DNA from: a virus
Lineage: Duplodnaviria > Caudoviricetes
Strand: one strand, 5' to 3'
Virus record (IMG/VR): IMGVR_UViG_3300016662_000121
Span: 1-36,058 of that record
Length of the DNA: 36,058 nt
Shown here: piece by piece, positions 16,038 through 25,220 of the stretch
How positions within the stretch are numbered: position 1 is the first letter of the stretch
Layout of the letters: each line of letters opens with the position of its first letter
Translations under genes and position numbers: made by a program
The notes under the pieces: generated by a model
The model's input: the letters and a program-made list of their open reading frames with translations, nothing else
Databases searched by the model: none
Told to the model about the DNA's origin: nothing

Positions 16038-18329
16038 ATGGCAGACGGTAGCTATTCGCTGACATTCACCGAGGTCGACCAACAAGCCCGGGCGTTGAAC
16101 ACGGCCAGTAAAATGGCCAGCCTGATGTCCCCCGCATCGAGCATGCAGGGCGCCGATTCGGCATCGGCCAATATTGTGTCGGACTTGAGTCTTTCAGGCG
16201 CCTTCGCAGGCCTGGGTCTGGCACTGGCGGATTCCACCGCCGAGCTTCGCCGATTGACGAGCGAACAGGTTCAGCTCAGAGATGTGTTGAGCACGATCCA
16301 CGGTGTGCTGGTATCGCAGCGCTCATTGCAACAAGCCATGAATGATCGACAGGCGCAGCCCGGCCCTGTTGCCGGTATGGGGGCTGGAGTGCCCTCAGCG
16401 AATCCTGACAAGGATGCGCTGAAGGATCTTCGGCCCGCCATCAACTTTGATACCGCGATGGCAAAGCTGGAAACGGTCGTCGGGTTCAAAGGCGATGACC
16501 GTCGAACATTTGGCATTGCGCTGGAGCAAATGGCCACCGAGTCGAAGGTGGCTGCCGGTGGCAGCACCATGCTTGATCTTGCAGGTGTCGGTTACACCGC
16601 CGTCAAGGCCGGGGTCGGCAATGATCATGTAAATGACAAAGGCGAACTGGATAACGGCGCCAGACAAAAAGATGTGCTGGAGTTCACCCGAGACACGGGC
16701 GTCACGGCGACAGCGTTTGGAATGAAGGCTGCAGATACGGCCGATCTATTGATCGGCTGGCGCACTTCGATGAGTCTCAATCGCGCGCAAACCCTCGATC
16801 TCGCTGATGCAACCAGCCTGCTCGGAAGCCGGTTGAGTGCTTCGGAGGCTGACATCGGCTCGATTCTCAGCAACTACGGTGCTTCTGCAAAAGGTGCCGG
16901 GATGACTCCCGAGCAGGCAGCGGCGTTTTCTGCGGCGTTGCTCAATGCGGGTGTCAACCGGGCGGATGCCGGTGTGGCCTTCGAGAAAATCTCCACGACG
17001 CTGGCGCTGGGAGACAAAGCTTCGCCCAGTCAACGAGCCGCAATCGTTGACCTGAAGCTGAACCCTCAAGCGCTTGCCGGGCAGATGAAAGTGGATGCCC
17101 CGGGCGCCATTCTCAAAGTGCTGGAGGCGTTGAAGAAACAACCGCCTGATCGGCAGTCCGAGTTGGCCATGACGCTGTTTTCGGTCGACCAGCCCGTGAT
17201 CAAAATGCTGCAGAACACCGGGGATGTGAAACGCTCCTTCGATCTGGTGGCTGATAAAAAACAGTACGCCAGTTCCGAGCTTGGCGAAGGCGCCAGTGCG
17301 GTCAATGAGACTGCCCGTATTCAATCGCAGACATCGCAAGCGCACATCAACGGTTTCAATGCGCAAAAGGATCGCCTCTATACCTCCGCAGGCGATACGG
17401 TGTTGCCATCCTTCAATGCTGTTGCCGACACCGCAGCCAAGGCCGCCGGTGGTTTGAGCGGGCTGGCGGAACAGTATCCAACACTCACGGCCGCGCTGGT
17501 CCTGAGTATTGCCGGGATCAGGTCCATTGCACCGCTGGGCAAGATGTACGCCGGTGCTGCGGGCTGGGTGAAGGATACCGTTGGTACGCTACAGGGGGCG
17601 TACGGCAAAGCGGTCAGCGTAGCCGGCAGTATCCGAACGGGAGCCGGCACCCTGGCCGGCAATATCAGAACGGGAGTTGGCACCCTGGCCACCAGGACCG
17701 AGCCGCTGAGAGCAGCGGCTGCCAGCCGGATCGGTTACATGAGATCCGCTGCCGGCCGCAGCATGATCAGTCGAGGTGCCCGATTCGGTCGGATCGCAGG
17801 TCCCCTGGCCATGCCTCTGACGATGCTCGAGGCTGGTATGAAAGTCGTCGAGGGCGTGGCCGAGAACGATACAAAAAAAGTCGCCGGAGGCGTAGGCATG
17901 GCGGCGGGAGGCCTGGCTGGCGGATATGCCGGCGCGAGCATCGGCGCCACGATCGGTACCTTCATCCTTCCCGGCGTCGGTACGCTGATTGGCGGTGCCC
18001 TGGGTGGTGCCATCGGGAGTTTTTACGGCAGTCAGGAAGGGGAGGCGCTGGGTGAAAAGCTTGCGACACCGGCCCCTGACAAGTTGGCACCCCCTGCAGA
18101 AGTCAGCGCAGGCCTGAGCAGTGTGCAAGCACAAAATCAATCCAGCGCGAATGTCACCTACGCCCCGGCGTTCCACTTCAGCGGCGGCGATCTGGCCAGC
18201 GTTGAAAAGGTGAGTGCCATGGTCGCGCAGGTCATGCAGACGCACTTCACCTCAGACTTCACACCGTTGATGAGTACCAATCCACTCGGCACACGCCGTG
18301 ACGCAGCCCTGACTGATGGAGTCGCCTGA
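16038..18329 (+). CDS. Tape measure protein, tailocin 1 (763 aa)
   Basis: AINFDTAMAKL core, Ala/Gly-rich, GG(L/Y)AGA.IGA.IG C-terminal stretch; synteny. Confidence 0.9.
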   Translation: MADGSYSLTFTEVDQQARALNTASKMASLMSPASSMQGADSASANIVSDLSLSGAFAGLGLALADSTAELRRLTSEQVQLRDVLSTIHGVLVSQRSLQQAMNDRQAQPGPVAGMGAGVPSANPDKDALKDLRPAINFDTAMAKLETVVGFKGDDRRTFGIALEQMATESKVAAGGSTMLDLAGVGYTAVKAGVGNDHVNDKGELDNGARQKDVLEFTRDTGVTATAFGMKAADTADLLIGWRTSMSLNRAQTLDLADATSLLGSRLSASEADIGSILSNYGASAKGAGMTPEQAAAFSAALLNAGVNRADAGVAFEKISTTLALGDKASPSQRAAIVDLKLNPQALAGQMKVDAPGAILKVLEALKKQPPDRQSELAMTLFSVDQPVIKMLQNTGDVKRSFDLVADKKQYASSELGEGASAVNETARIQSQTSQAHINGFNAQKDRLYTSAGDTVLPSFNAVADTAAKAAGGLSGLAEQYPTLTAALVLSIAGIRSIAPLGKMYAGAAGWVKDTVGTLQGAYGKAVSVAGSIRTGAGTLAGNIRTGVGTLATRTEPLRAAAASRIGYMRSAAGRSMISRGARFGRIAGPLAMPLTMLEAGMKVVEGVAENDTKKVAGGVGMAAGGLAGGYAGASIGATIGTFILPGVGTLIGGALGGAIGSFYGSQEGEALGEKLATPAPDKLAPPAEVSAGLSSVQAQNQSSANVTYAPAFHFSGGDLASVEKVSAMVAQVMQTHFTSDFTPLMSTNPLGTRRDAALTDGVA

Positions 18330-18712
18330 TGAAACAACAAATGGCACTGGGCAGTTTCATCTTTGGCCTGTCCCGCGGTTTTGCCTACAGCAGTTTTCTG
18401 CGCAAGTCCGACGGCGGCTGGACAGAACTGCAGATTCTCACCAGCAAACCCAAGTCCCACCAGACGGGGCAGAAGCCCGAAACCCTGACCATCACTGGCA
18501 AATCAATGTACGCGGTGGCCATGGATCGGCTGGATGAGCTGCGGGCACTGCAAGCCCTTCGTGTACCGCTGCCGCTGATTGATGGCATCGGCCGCAACTG
18601 GGGTTTGTGGCGGATTACCACGGTTCAGGAAACCCAGACCTGCATCATCGATGATGGTACGGCGATGGTGGTCGACTGGACCCTCGAATTGGCGGAGTTC
18701 AACAATGCGTAA
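18329..18712 (+). CDS. P2 gpU-like tail protein
   Basis: MALGSFIF, LIDGIGRNWGLW. Confidence 0.88.
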   Translation: MKQQMALGSFIFGLSRGFAYSSFLRKSDGGWTELQILTSKPKSHQTGQKPETLTITGKSMYAVAMDRLDELRALQALRVPLPLIDGIGRNWGLWRITTVQETQTCIIDDGTAMVVDWTLELAEFNNA

Positions 18713-18917
18713 GGTACGAAGCGTGGCCGGCGATTCGGTGAATCTGTTGCTGTACCGCGAAACCGGTCGCAGCGATGACAGCGCCGAAGAAGCCCTGTGG
18801 AAACTCAATCCGATCCTGGCCGAACACGGCCCGGTTCTGACGGCAGGTGTCTGGGTGACACTGCCGGAACTCGATAGCAAACCGGCCGCGATCAAACCGG
18901 TTCTGGCCTGGGATTAA
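18705..18917 (+). CDS. P2 gpX-like tail protein (LysM-like)
   Basis: GDSVNLLLYR, LNPILA, GVWVTLP, terminal WD; start at ATG 18705. Confidence 0.88.
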   Translation: MRKVRSVAGDSVNLLLYRETGRSDDSAEEALWKLNPILAEHGPVLTAGVWVTLPELDSKPAAIKPVLAWD

Positions 18918-18926
18918 GGAGGCTGC

Positions 18927-19955
18927 ATGGCACAGGGATTTACGCCCGCGATCGAAATCTACGGCGCCAACAAGGACCTGCTGAACCAGCGCCTGATCAG
19001 TTGGGAGCACATCGATGCCGCCGGGATGGAGTCCGATCAACTGACGCTGGTGCTCGACCTGGAAGGCCTTGAAGGCTTGCCAACCCTGGGCGGAATCATC
19101 GGCCTGCGGGTGGGGTATCTGGAGACCGGGCTGGTCGAAAAAGGCCAGTTCCGGGTGACTCGATTGACACCGACGCTGTTCCCGCTGCGTCTGACGCTGG
19201 TCGCGACCGCCGCGCCTTTCAGCGGCAAGGACGAAACCGGATTCAAGGAACGACGCACGGCCAGTCATGGCCCCACGACGCTTGGCGGGCTGTTTCGCAA
19301 ACTGGTCGAGCCGCACGGTTTCTCGCCGCGCGTCGATCCCGAACTGGCGCTGATCAGGATCGCTCATGTCGACCAGTCGAACGAAACCGACATGGGTTTC
19401 ATCACGCGACTGGCGAAAAAGTACGACGCGGTGGCCAAACCGTTCAACGACCTCTACGTGCTGGCGAAACGGGCGCAGCTCAAAACCCTGTCGGGTCAGG
19501 TGATTCCGAACGTCAGGCTGTCGGTGACCCACAACAATCGGCCGGGCGATCACGCCTTCATCAGCGCCACGCTGGAAGAGACCGCCCGCACCCAGAATCA
19601 GGGTTGCAAAGTCTGCTGTTGGGACACCAATGCCGGCAAGCAGGTGGAGGTGAAAACCGGCAAGGCGCCCTACAAGATCGTTCGTCAGAAAACGGCCAGT
19701 GTGGAAGAAGCCAAAGCCATCGGCGAAGCCGAAGTGCGCAAGATGCTGCGCGAGAAATACACGCTGAAAGTTACTTGCCCGGGTGATCCGCTGCTGGTGG
19801 CCGAAGGTCTGCTGGTGCTCGATGACACTTGGCCCGACTTCATGCGCGGTCGCTGGTCGATCGAGAAGGTGACTGCCAGCGGCAAGCCTGAAGAAAGCTA
19901 TCGCTGCCTGATCGAAGCGAACGGTCGGGATCCCGAGGCAATAGCCAAAGACTGA
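18927..19955 (+). CDS. P2 gpD-like baseplate hub
   Basis: DAAGMESDQLTL, HVDQSNETDMGFITRLA. Confidence 0.9.
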   Translation: MAQGFTPAIEIYGANKDLLNQRLISWEHIDAAGMESDQLTLVLDLEGLEGLPTLGGIIGLRVGYLETGLVEKGQFRVTRLTPTLFPLRLTLVATAAPFSGKDETGFKERRTASHGPTTLGGLFRKLVEPHGFSPRVDPELALIRIAHVDQSNETDMGFITRLAKKYDAVAKPFNDLYVLAKRAQLKTLSGQVIPNVRLSVTHNNRPGDHAFISATLEETARTQNQGCKVCCWDTNAGKQVEVKTGKAPYKIVRQKTASVEEAKAIGEAEVRKMLREKYTLKVTCPGDPLLVAEGLLVLDDTWPDFMRGRWSIEKVTASGKPEESYRCLIEANGRDPEAIAKD

Positions 19956-20016
19956 TCCCCCGGTCTCACCGCCACACGCATCACTGTGGCTACTCACACA
20001 TCCTGGAACGCTCCCC

Positions 20017-20601
20017 ATGAAGATCTCCCCGATCCTCACGCAGCTGCGTGCGCAATGCCCAAGCCTTGCCGGCCATATCGCGACAGGTGTCGACCTGGCG
20101 CTTTTGCAAGGCAACTCGAATCTGCCGACCCCGTCGGCCCATGTTTTACCGCTGGCCGACCTGGCCAGCGCCAGTACCGCACAGAACTCCGCCAGCCAAC
20201 CGATCCGCGACCGCTTCGAAATAATCCTGGTACTTGATGCCACGGACGCCACAAAAGCGCTGGATCTGTTGCACGACCTGCGCGCCGAAGTGTGGCGTGC
20301 GCTGGTGGGGTTCAAGCCCGGTTCGGACTACAGCGCCATCGTTTATGACGGTGGCGAAACGGTCTCGATCAACAGCAGCCGCGCGTTCTACCGGCTGCGC
20401 TTTTTTGCCGAGTTCCAGCTGGGCCGCAATCTGCCAAGTCAGCCTGCGGAGAGTTGGCACGAACGTGAACTGGACGGTTTGTCGTCCTTTACCGGGGTCA
20501 CCGTGCGGGTCGATGCGATCGACCCGGCCGACCCCAATCTGAAACACCCCGGCCCTGACGGGCGCGTGGAAATGACTTTCTCTGGAGACGTAACCCCATG
20601 A
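20017..20601 (+). CDS. Tailocin 2 tail terminator-like protein
   Basis: LRAEVWRALVGFKP, YDGG, GPDGRVE; first gene of the Mu/SfV-like block. Confidence 0.7.
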   Translation: MKISPILTQLRAQCPSLAGHIATGVDLALLQGNSNLPTPSAHVLPLADLASASTAQNSASQPIRDRFEIILVLDATDATKALDLLHDLRAEVWRALVGFKPGSDYSAIVYDGGETVSINSSRAFYRLRFFAEFQLGRNLPSQPAESWHERELDGLSSFTGVTVRVDAIDPADPNLKHPGPDGRVEMTFSGDVTP

Positions 20602-20777
20602 GCAACCGCATCACCGTAGTGCCGGCCGCCGGCCGTGCCGTGCCGGACCCGGAAGCAGGCGACCTGCTGCCACTGGAAGGCCGTGAAGTGCTGGACAGCG
20701 CCTGGTGGCGCCGGCGTCTGGCCGACGGCGATATCACCCTCAAAACCGCAACAGCTAAACAAAAGGGAGCCAAATAA
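20598..20777 (+). CDS. DUF2635-like small tail protein (59 aa, not in ORF track)
   Basis: Hand translation MSNRITVVPAAGRAVPDPEAGDLLPLEGREVLDSAWWRRRLADGDITLKTATAKQKGAK; overlaps both neighbours. Confidence 0.85.
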   Translation: MSNRITVVPAAGRAVPDPEAGDLLPLEGREVLDSAWWRRRLADGDITLKTATAKQKGAK

Positions 20778-22273
20778 TGGCGATCGGATTCAGCAACATT
20801 CCTGCGGACATTCGTGTACCGCTGTTCTATGCCGAAATGGACAACTCGGCCGCCAATAGCGCGTCCTCGTCCATGCGCCGCCTGATCGTGGCACAGGTCA
20901 ACGACAACATCGCCCCGAGCGAAGTCGGCAAACTGGTGCTGGTCTCCAGCTTGGCGCTGGCCAAGAGCATTGGCGGCCAGGGCTCGATGCTCGCCTCGAT
21001 GTACGAGACCTTCCGCAAGGCCGACCCGATCGGTGAGATCTGGTGCCTGCCGCTGCACAACGCCACCGGCGCCATCGCCAAAGGCGTGCTGACCCTGACC
21101 GGCACCGCGACTCAGGCTGGCATTCTCAACCTGTATGTCGGCGGCGTCCGTGTGCAGGCCACCGTGGTCAACGGCGCCACCGCTGCCCAGGCGGCCACCG
21201 CCCTGGCACAGAAAATCAACGCCATCGCCGATCTGCCGGTGAGCGCTGCGGCTGCCGAAGGCGTCGTTACTCTGAACGCCAAATGGACCGGCGAGAGCGG
21301 CAACGACATCAGCCTGCAATTCAATCGCCTGGGCAAGAGCAATGGCGAAGAAACTCCGGCTGGCCTGACCACTGCCGTCACCGCCATGACCGGCGGCGTC
21401 GGTGTACCGGATCAAGTGGCGGCCGTTGCCGCACTGGGTGATGAACCGTTCGAATTCATCGCGCTGCCTTGGTCCGACCTGGCCACCCTCAACACCTGGC
21501 AAGCGGTGATGGACGACAGCACCGGTCGCTGGTCGTGGGCCAAGCAACTGTTCGGTCACGTCTACAGCGCCAAGCGCGGCACCGTCGGCACTCTGGTGGC
21601 GGCCGGTCAGGCGCGCAACGACCAGCACATGACCATTCAGGCGCTGGAGCCGGGCGTTCCGCAACCGGTGTGGGTACAAGCCGCGGCACTGGCTGCACGT
21701 ACTTCGGTGTTCATCTCGGCAGACGCTAGCCGTCCGACCCAGAGCGGCAGCCTGCCAGGCGTTGATCCGGCTCCGGCCAGCGAGCGCTTCACCCTGACCG
21801 AGCGTCAGTCGCTGCTCAACTACGGCATCGCCACCGCGTACTACGAAGGCGGTTACGTGCGCATCCAGCGCTCGATCACCACCTACCAGAAGAACGCTTA
21901 CGGCCAGGCCGACAACTCGTACCTGGACAGTGAAACCATGCACCAGTCGGCGTTCATCGTGCGTCGTCTGCAAAGCGTGATCACCAGCAAGTACGGTCGC
22001 CACAAACTGGCCTCCGACGGCACCCGTTTTGGCGCCGGTCAGCCGATCGTTACCCCGGCGACCATTCGCGGTGAACTGATCGCCCAGTACGCCAAGCTCG
22101 AACTGGAAGGCCACGTGGAAAACGCCGAGCTGTTCGCCGAGCACCTGATCGTCGAGCGCGACGTGCAGGACCCGAGCCGCGTGAACGTGCTGTTCCCGCC
22201 TGATTACATCAACGGTCTGCGCGTGTTCGCACTGCTCAACCAGTTCCGTCTGCAGTACGACGACGTCGCCTGA
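20777..22273 (+). CDS. Contractile tail sheath (Mu gpL-like), tailocin 2
   Basis: IPADIRVPLFYAEMDNS, ITTYQKNAYG.ADNSYLD, KYGRHKLA; 498 aa. Confidence 0.93.
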   Translation: MAIGFSNIPADIRVPLFYAEMDNSAANSASSSMRRLIVAQVNDNIAPSEVGKLVLVSSLALAKSIGGQGSMLASMYETFRKADPIGEIWCLPLHNATGAIAKGVLTLTGTATQAGILNLYVGGVRVQATVVNGATAAQAATALAQKINAIADLPVSAAAAEGVVTLNAKWTGESGNDISLQFNRLGKSNGEETPAGLTTAVTAMTGGVGVPDQVAAVAALGDEPFEFIALPWSDLATLNTWQAVMDDSTGRWSWAKQLFGHVYSAKRGTVGTLVAAGQARNDQHMTIQALEPGVPQPVWVQAAALAARTSVFISADASRPTQSGSLPGVDPAPASERFTLTERQSLLNYGIATAYYEGGYVRIQRSITTYQKNAYGQADNSYLDSETMHQSAFIVRRLQSVITSKYGRHKLASDGTRFGAGQPIVTPATIRGELIAQYAKLELEGHVENAELFAEHLIVERDVQDPSRVNVLFPPDYINGLRVFALLNQFRLQYDDVA

Positions 22274-22298
22274 TCGGCCCGTTTGACACTGTGATTTC

Positions 22299-22325
22299 AG
22301 CCCACCTCGCGTGGGCTTTTTATTT
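22299..22325 (+). terminator. Intrinsic terminator between sheath 2 and tube 2
   Basis: AGCCCAC-ctcgc-GTGGGCT+TTTTATTT. Confidence 0.7.
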
Positions 22326-22340
22326 GAAGGGAGTAACACC

Positions 22341-22688
22341 ATGGGTCAACTGATTGCAGGCACCTGCTACGTCAAGGTCGACGGTGCACAACTGACCATC
22401 AACGGCGGCTGCGAAGCCCCGCTGATGGCCGTCAAACGCGAAACCGTCGTACCGGGTTTCTACAAGGAAACCGACATTGCGCCGTCGTTCAAAGTAACTG
22501 CGCTGCACACCGCCGACTTCCCGCTGAAGAAGCTGATCGAAGGCACCGACATCACCGTCACCTGCGAATTCAGCAACGGCAAAGTCTACGTACTGGCCGG
22601 TGCCTACCTGGTCGAAGAGCCAGTCTCCAAAGGCGATGACGCCACCATCGAACTGAAATTCGAAGGCATCAAGGGGACCTGGCAATGA
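22341..22688 (+). CDS. Tail tube (Mu gpM-like), tailocin 2
   Basis: IAGTCYVKVDG, follows sheath, GGAG RBS. Confidence 0.88.
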   Translation: MGQLIAGTCYVKVDGAQLTINGGCEAPLMAVKRETVVPGFYKETDIAPSFKVTALHTADFPLKKLIEGTDITVTCEFSNGKVYVLAGAYLVEEPVSKGDDATIELKFEGIKGTWQ

Positions 22689-22981
22689 GCGGCGCCGTGA
22701 AGCTTCAAGTTGCGATCGAAGCTCACGGCGAGCCCCTGACCGAACTCGTCCTGCGCCGTCCGACGGTGCAGGAGGTGCGAGCGATCAAGGCGCTGCCGTA
22801 CAAGATCGACAAGAGCGAAGAAGTCAGCCTCGACATGGACGTGGCGGCCAAATACATCGCCGTGTGCGCCGGCATTCCGCCGTCGTCGGTCAACCAGCTG
22901 GACCTGGCTGACCTCAACGCGTTGAGCTGGGCCGTTGCGAGTTTTTTCATGAGTGCGGCGTCGGAGCCATCACCGACCTGA
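22685..22981 (+). CDS. Tail assembly chaperone, tailocin 2
   Basis: ELVLRRPTV, GIPPSSVNQLDLAD. Confidence 0.85.
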   Translation: MSGAVKLQVAIEAHGEPLTELVLRRPTVQEVRAIKALPYKIDKSEEVSLDMDVAAKYIAVCAGIPPSSVNQLDLADLNALSWAVASFFMSAASEPSPT

Positions 22982-23112
22982 TTTCGGTCGCCTATGACCT
23001 GGCCTGGTTCTGGAAGGTTGACCCCGAACAGATGATGGCCAGGCCACTGGATGTGCTTCGCGAATCGCTGGAGCACGCGCAACGGATCAATGCGATGCAG
23101 CAGGTGCAGTGA
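22942..23112 (+). CDS. -1 frameshift extension of chaperone 2
   Basis: Slippery T TTT TTC at 22942-22948; -1 frame open to TGA 23110-23112 (HECGVGAITDLISVAYDLAWFWKVDPEQMMARPLDVLRESLEHAQRINAMQQVQ). Confidence 0.8.
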   Translation, partial: FFHECGVGAITDLISVAYDLAWFWKVDPEQMMARPLDVLRESLEHAQRINAMQQVQ

Positions 23113-25220
23113 TGGCTAATACACAATTGAGCCTGATCCCGCAGAATTTCCCCGTCACGGTCAACATGCTCGTGGTGCTCAAGGGCGCCGAGAAAATGGA
23201 GGCCGAGATGAAGGGGCTGCGCGGCAAGGTCGCAGCATTCAAGAAAAGCATGGAAGACAGCGGCCTCGAGCCGCTGGACGTCGCCGGTTTCATCGCCGAA
23301 GGTGGCCTGCTCAAGCCGTTTCAGGACGGCATCAAAAAGGCCATCGAAGCGCAGGATGCACTGGCGAAAAAAGTCCGGGCGAACAAGGGGCTGAAAGTCC
23401 CCAAGGTCGTCCAGGGCGAAACCTCCGCCAACCTCAAGAAGTTCAACGAGGCGCTGGACAAGGTTTCGCTGAATATCGGTCAGGCGCTGCTGCCGGCCGT
23501 CAACGGCATCGTCACGGCGTTGACGCCTGTGATCACCTCGGTTGGCCAGTTCGTCGCGAACAACCCGTACCTCGTCGAGGGACTGGCGGCAGCGGCGGTG
23601 GCGTTCACGGTGGTGACGGTCGGGGCGATGGGGCTGGTCGCGGTGTTGGGGATCCTGACGTCACCGATCGGCCTGATTGCTGCGGCCATTGCGGCGGCGG
23701 TGGCGCTGATCGTGATTGGCGCGCGTCTGATTACCGACAACTGGGCGTCGATCAGCGGATTCTTCAGCGAGACCTGGCAGTCGGTCAGCGATGCAACCCA
23801 TCGCGGTATCGACAAGGTTCAGAAGGGCTGGGACGAGATGGCAACGGGGGCGAAGCTGAAATTCGACTCGATGCAAGCCTCGGCCAAACAGAAGTGGCAA
23901 GAAATGAAGGCTGACGCCGTTGCCGGTGCCAGTCGTCTTGCCGAGGGCGCGTCCGCACGCCTGGATGCATTCGGGGCGAAGATGGGCGAGCTGTGGGATT
24001 CCGCTGGCGCTGTCATCAAGGATTACTGGAACGACGCAGTCGCCGGTAGCGTTGCCGGTCTGGAAGCGCTGAAGGCCAATCTGTACACCTCGCCGAAGGC
24101 GAAACTGGCCGAGGTCTGGGGTGCGACTCAAACGGTATTCGGTGAGTTCTGGGACAGCGCGGCAGCAAAAGCCGCGACTGGCATGGAAGCGCTGAAGGCC
24201 AATCTGTACACCTCGCCGAAGGCGAAACTGGCCGAGGTCTGGGGTGCGACTCAAGCGGTGTTCAGCGAATTCTGGGACAGTGCGGCAGCCAAAGCCGCGA
24301 CGGGCATGGAAGCGCTGAAGGCCAATCTGTACACCTCGCCGAAGGCGAAACTGGCCGAGGTCTGGGATTCCACGCAAACGGTGTTCAGCGGATTCTGGAA
24401 TCGTGCAGCCACCAATGCGACCACCGGCTGGGCCACGCTCAAGGCAACGTTCGACGGCTCGCTGGCGGAGAGATTTGCCGGCGTGTGGGGTTCGGCTCAG
24501 GGGATATTCACCGGTGTACTGGACAACCTGAAAGCCACCGCTTCAGCCGGGTGGGAGCAACTGAAGTCAACGTTCTCCTGGTCGCCGTTTGCCCTGATTC
24601 AAAGCAACTGGCAACCGCTGGGCGAGGTCTTTTCCGCGCTCTGGGATGTGTTGCGGGCGAGTGCGCTGACGCTGAAAAGCGAGTTCCAGAACCTGTTCAA
24701 CTTCTCGCCGATGGAGTCGGCGATGGCGCAGTGGGATGGTTTGAAGGGTTACTTTTCCGGTTTGTGGGCATCGTTGACCACGGATGCACTATCGGTCGCG
24801 AACGCCTTCGGCACATTGTTCAGTCAATCGCCGATGGAGTCGATCAAGCAAGCCTGGGAGCCGGTCCTCGGCTGGTTCAGCGAGTTGTGGGCAAAACTGC
24901 AAAGTGTCGTCGCACCGATCCGGGAATTGCTCAATGGCAATCTTTCCGGCGTTGTGGCGACGATCACCGGGCAATCCCCGGCGGCTGCTTCCGGCTCGTC
25001 AGCCATGGCCAGTCCGTTGCCGCAATCCTCCAGCGCCCTGATCCAGCAAAGCGCTGCCAACAACCGTACGCAACTCGAAGGCGGCCTGACGGTCCGCTTC
25101 GAAAACGCGCCGGCGGGGCTGCGCACTGATCAACCGCAAACCAATCAACCGGGGCTGGCGCTCAGTTCGCGCATCGGCTATCGCTCGCTATCGGCAGGAG
25201 GTTCCAATGAACTGGCGTGA
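23112..25220 (+). CDS. Tape measure protein, tailocin 2 (~702 aa)
   Basis: IGQALLP, hydrophobic segment, Trp-periodic repeats, VRFENAPAG; synteny. Confidence 0.88.
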   Translation: MANTQLSLIPQNFPVTVNMLVVLKGAEKMEAEMKGLRGKVAAFKKSMEDSGLEPLDVAGFIAEGGLLKPFQDGIKKAIEAQDALAKKVRANKGLKVPKVVQGETSANLKKFNEALDKVSLNIGQALLPAVNGIVTALTPVITSVGQFVANNPYLVEGLAAAAVAFTVVTVGAMGLVAVLGILTSPIGLIAAAIAAAVALIVIGARLITDNWASISGFFSETWQSVSDATHRGIDKVQKGWDEMATGAKLKFDSMQASAKQKWQEMKADAVAGASRLAEGASARLDAFGAKMGELWDSAGAVIKDYWNDAVAGSVAGLEALKANLYTSPKAKLAEVWGATQTVFGEFWDSAAAKAATGMEALKANLYTSPKAKLAEVWGATQAVFSEFWDSAAAKAATGMEALKANLYTSPKAKLAEVWDSTQTVFSGFWNRAATNATTGWATLKATFDGSLAERFAGVWGSAQGIFTGVLDNLKATASAGWEQLKSTFSWSPFALIQSNWQPLGEVFSALWDVLRASALTLKSEFQNLFNFSPMESAMAQWDGLKGYFSGLWASLTTDALSVANAFGTLFSQSPMESIKQAWEPVLGWFSELWAKLQSVVAPIRELLNGNLSGVVATITGQSPAAASGSSAMASPLPQSSSALIQQSAANNRTQLEGGLTVRFENAPAGLRTDQPQTNQPGLALSSRIGYRSLSAGGSNELA
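24061..24429 (+). repeat. 3 x 123-bp (41 aa) tandem repeat in tape measure 2
   Basis: Identical 60-nt core TGGAAGCGCTGAAGGCC...GAGGTCTGGG at 24061, 24184 and 24307. Confidence 0.95.

Noticed and set aside
24061-24429. CRISPR-like array
   Set aside because: In-frame 123-bp coding repeat with similar rather than unique spacers; no cas genes
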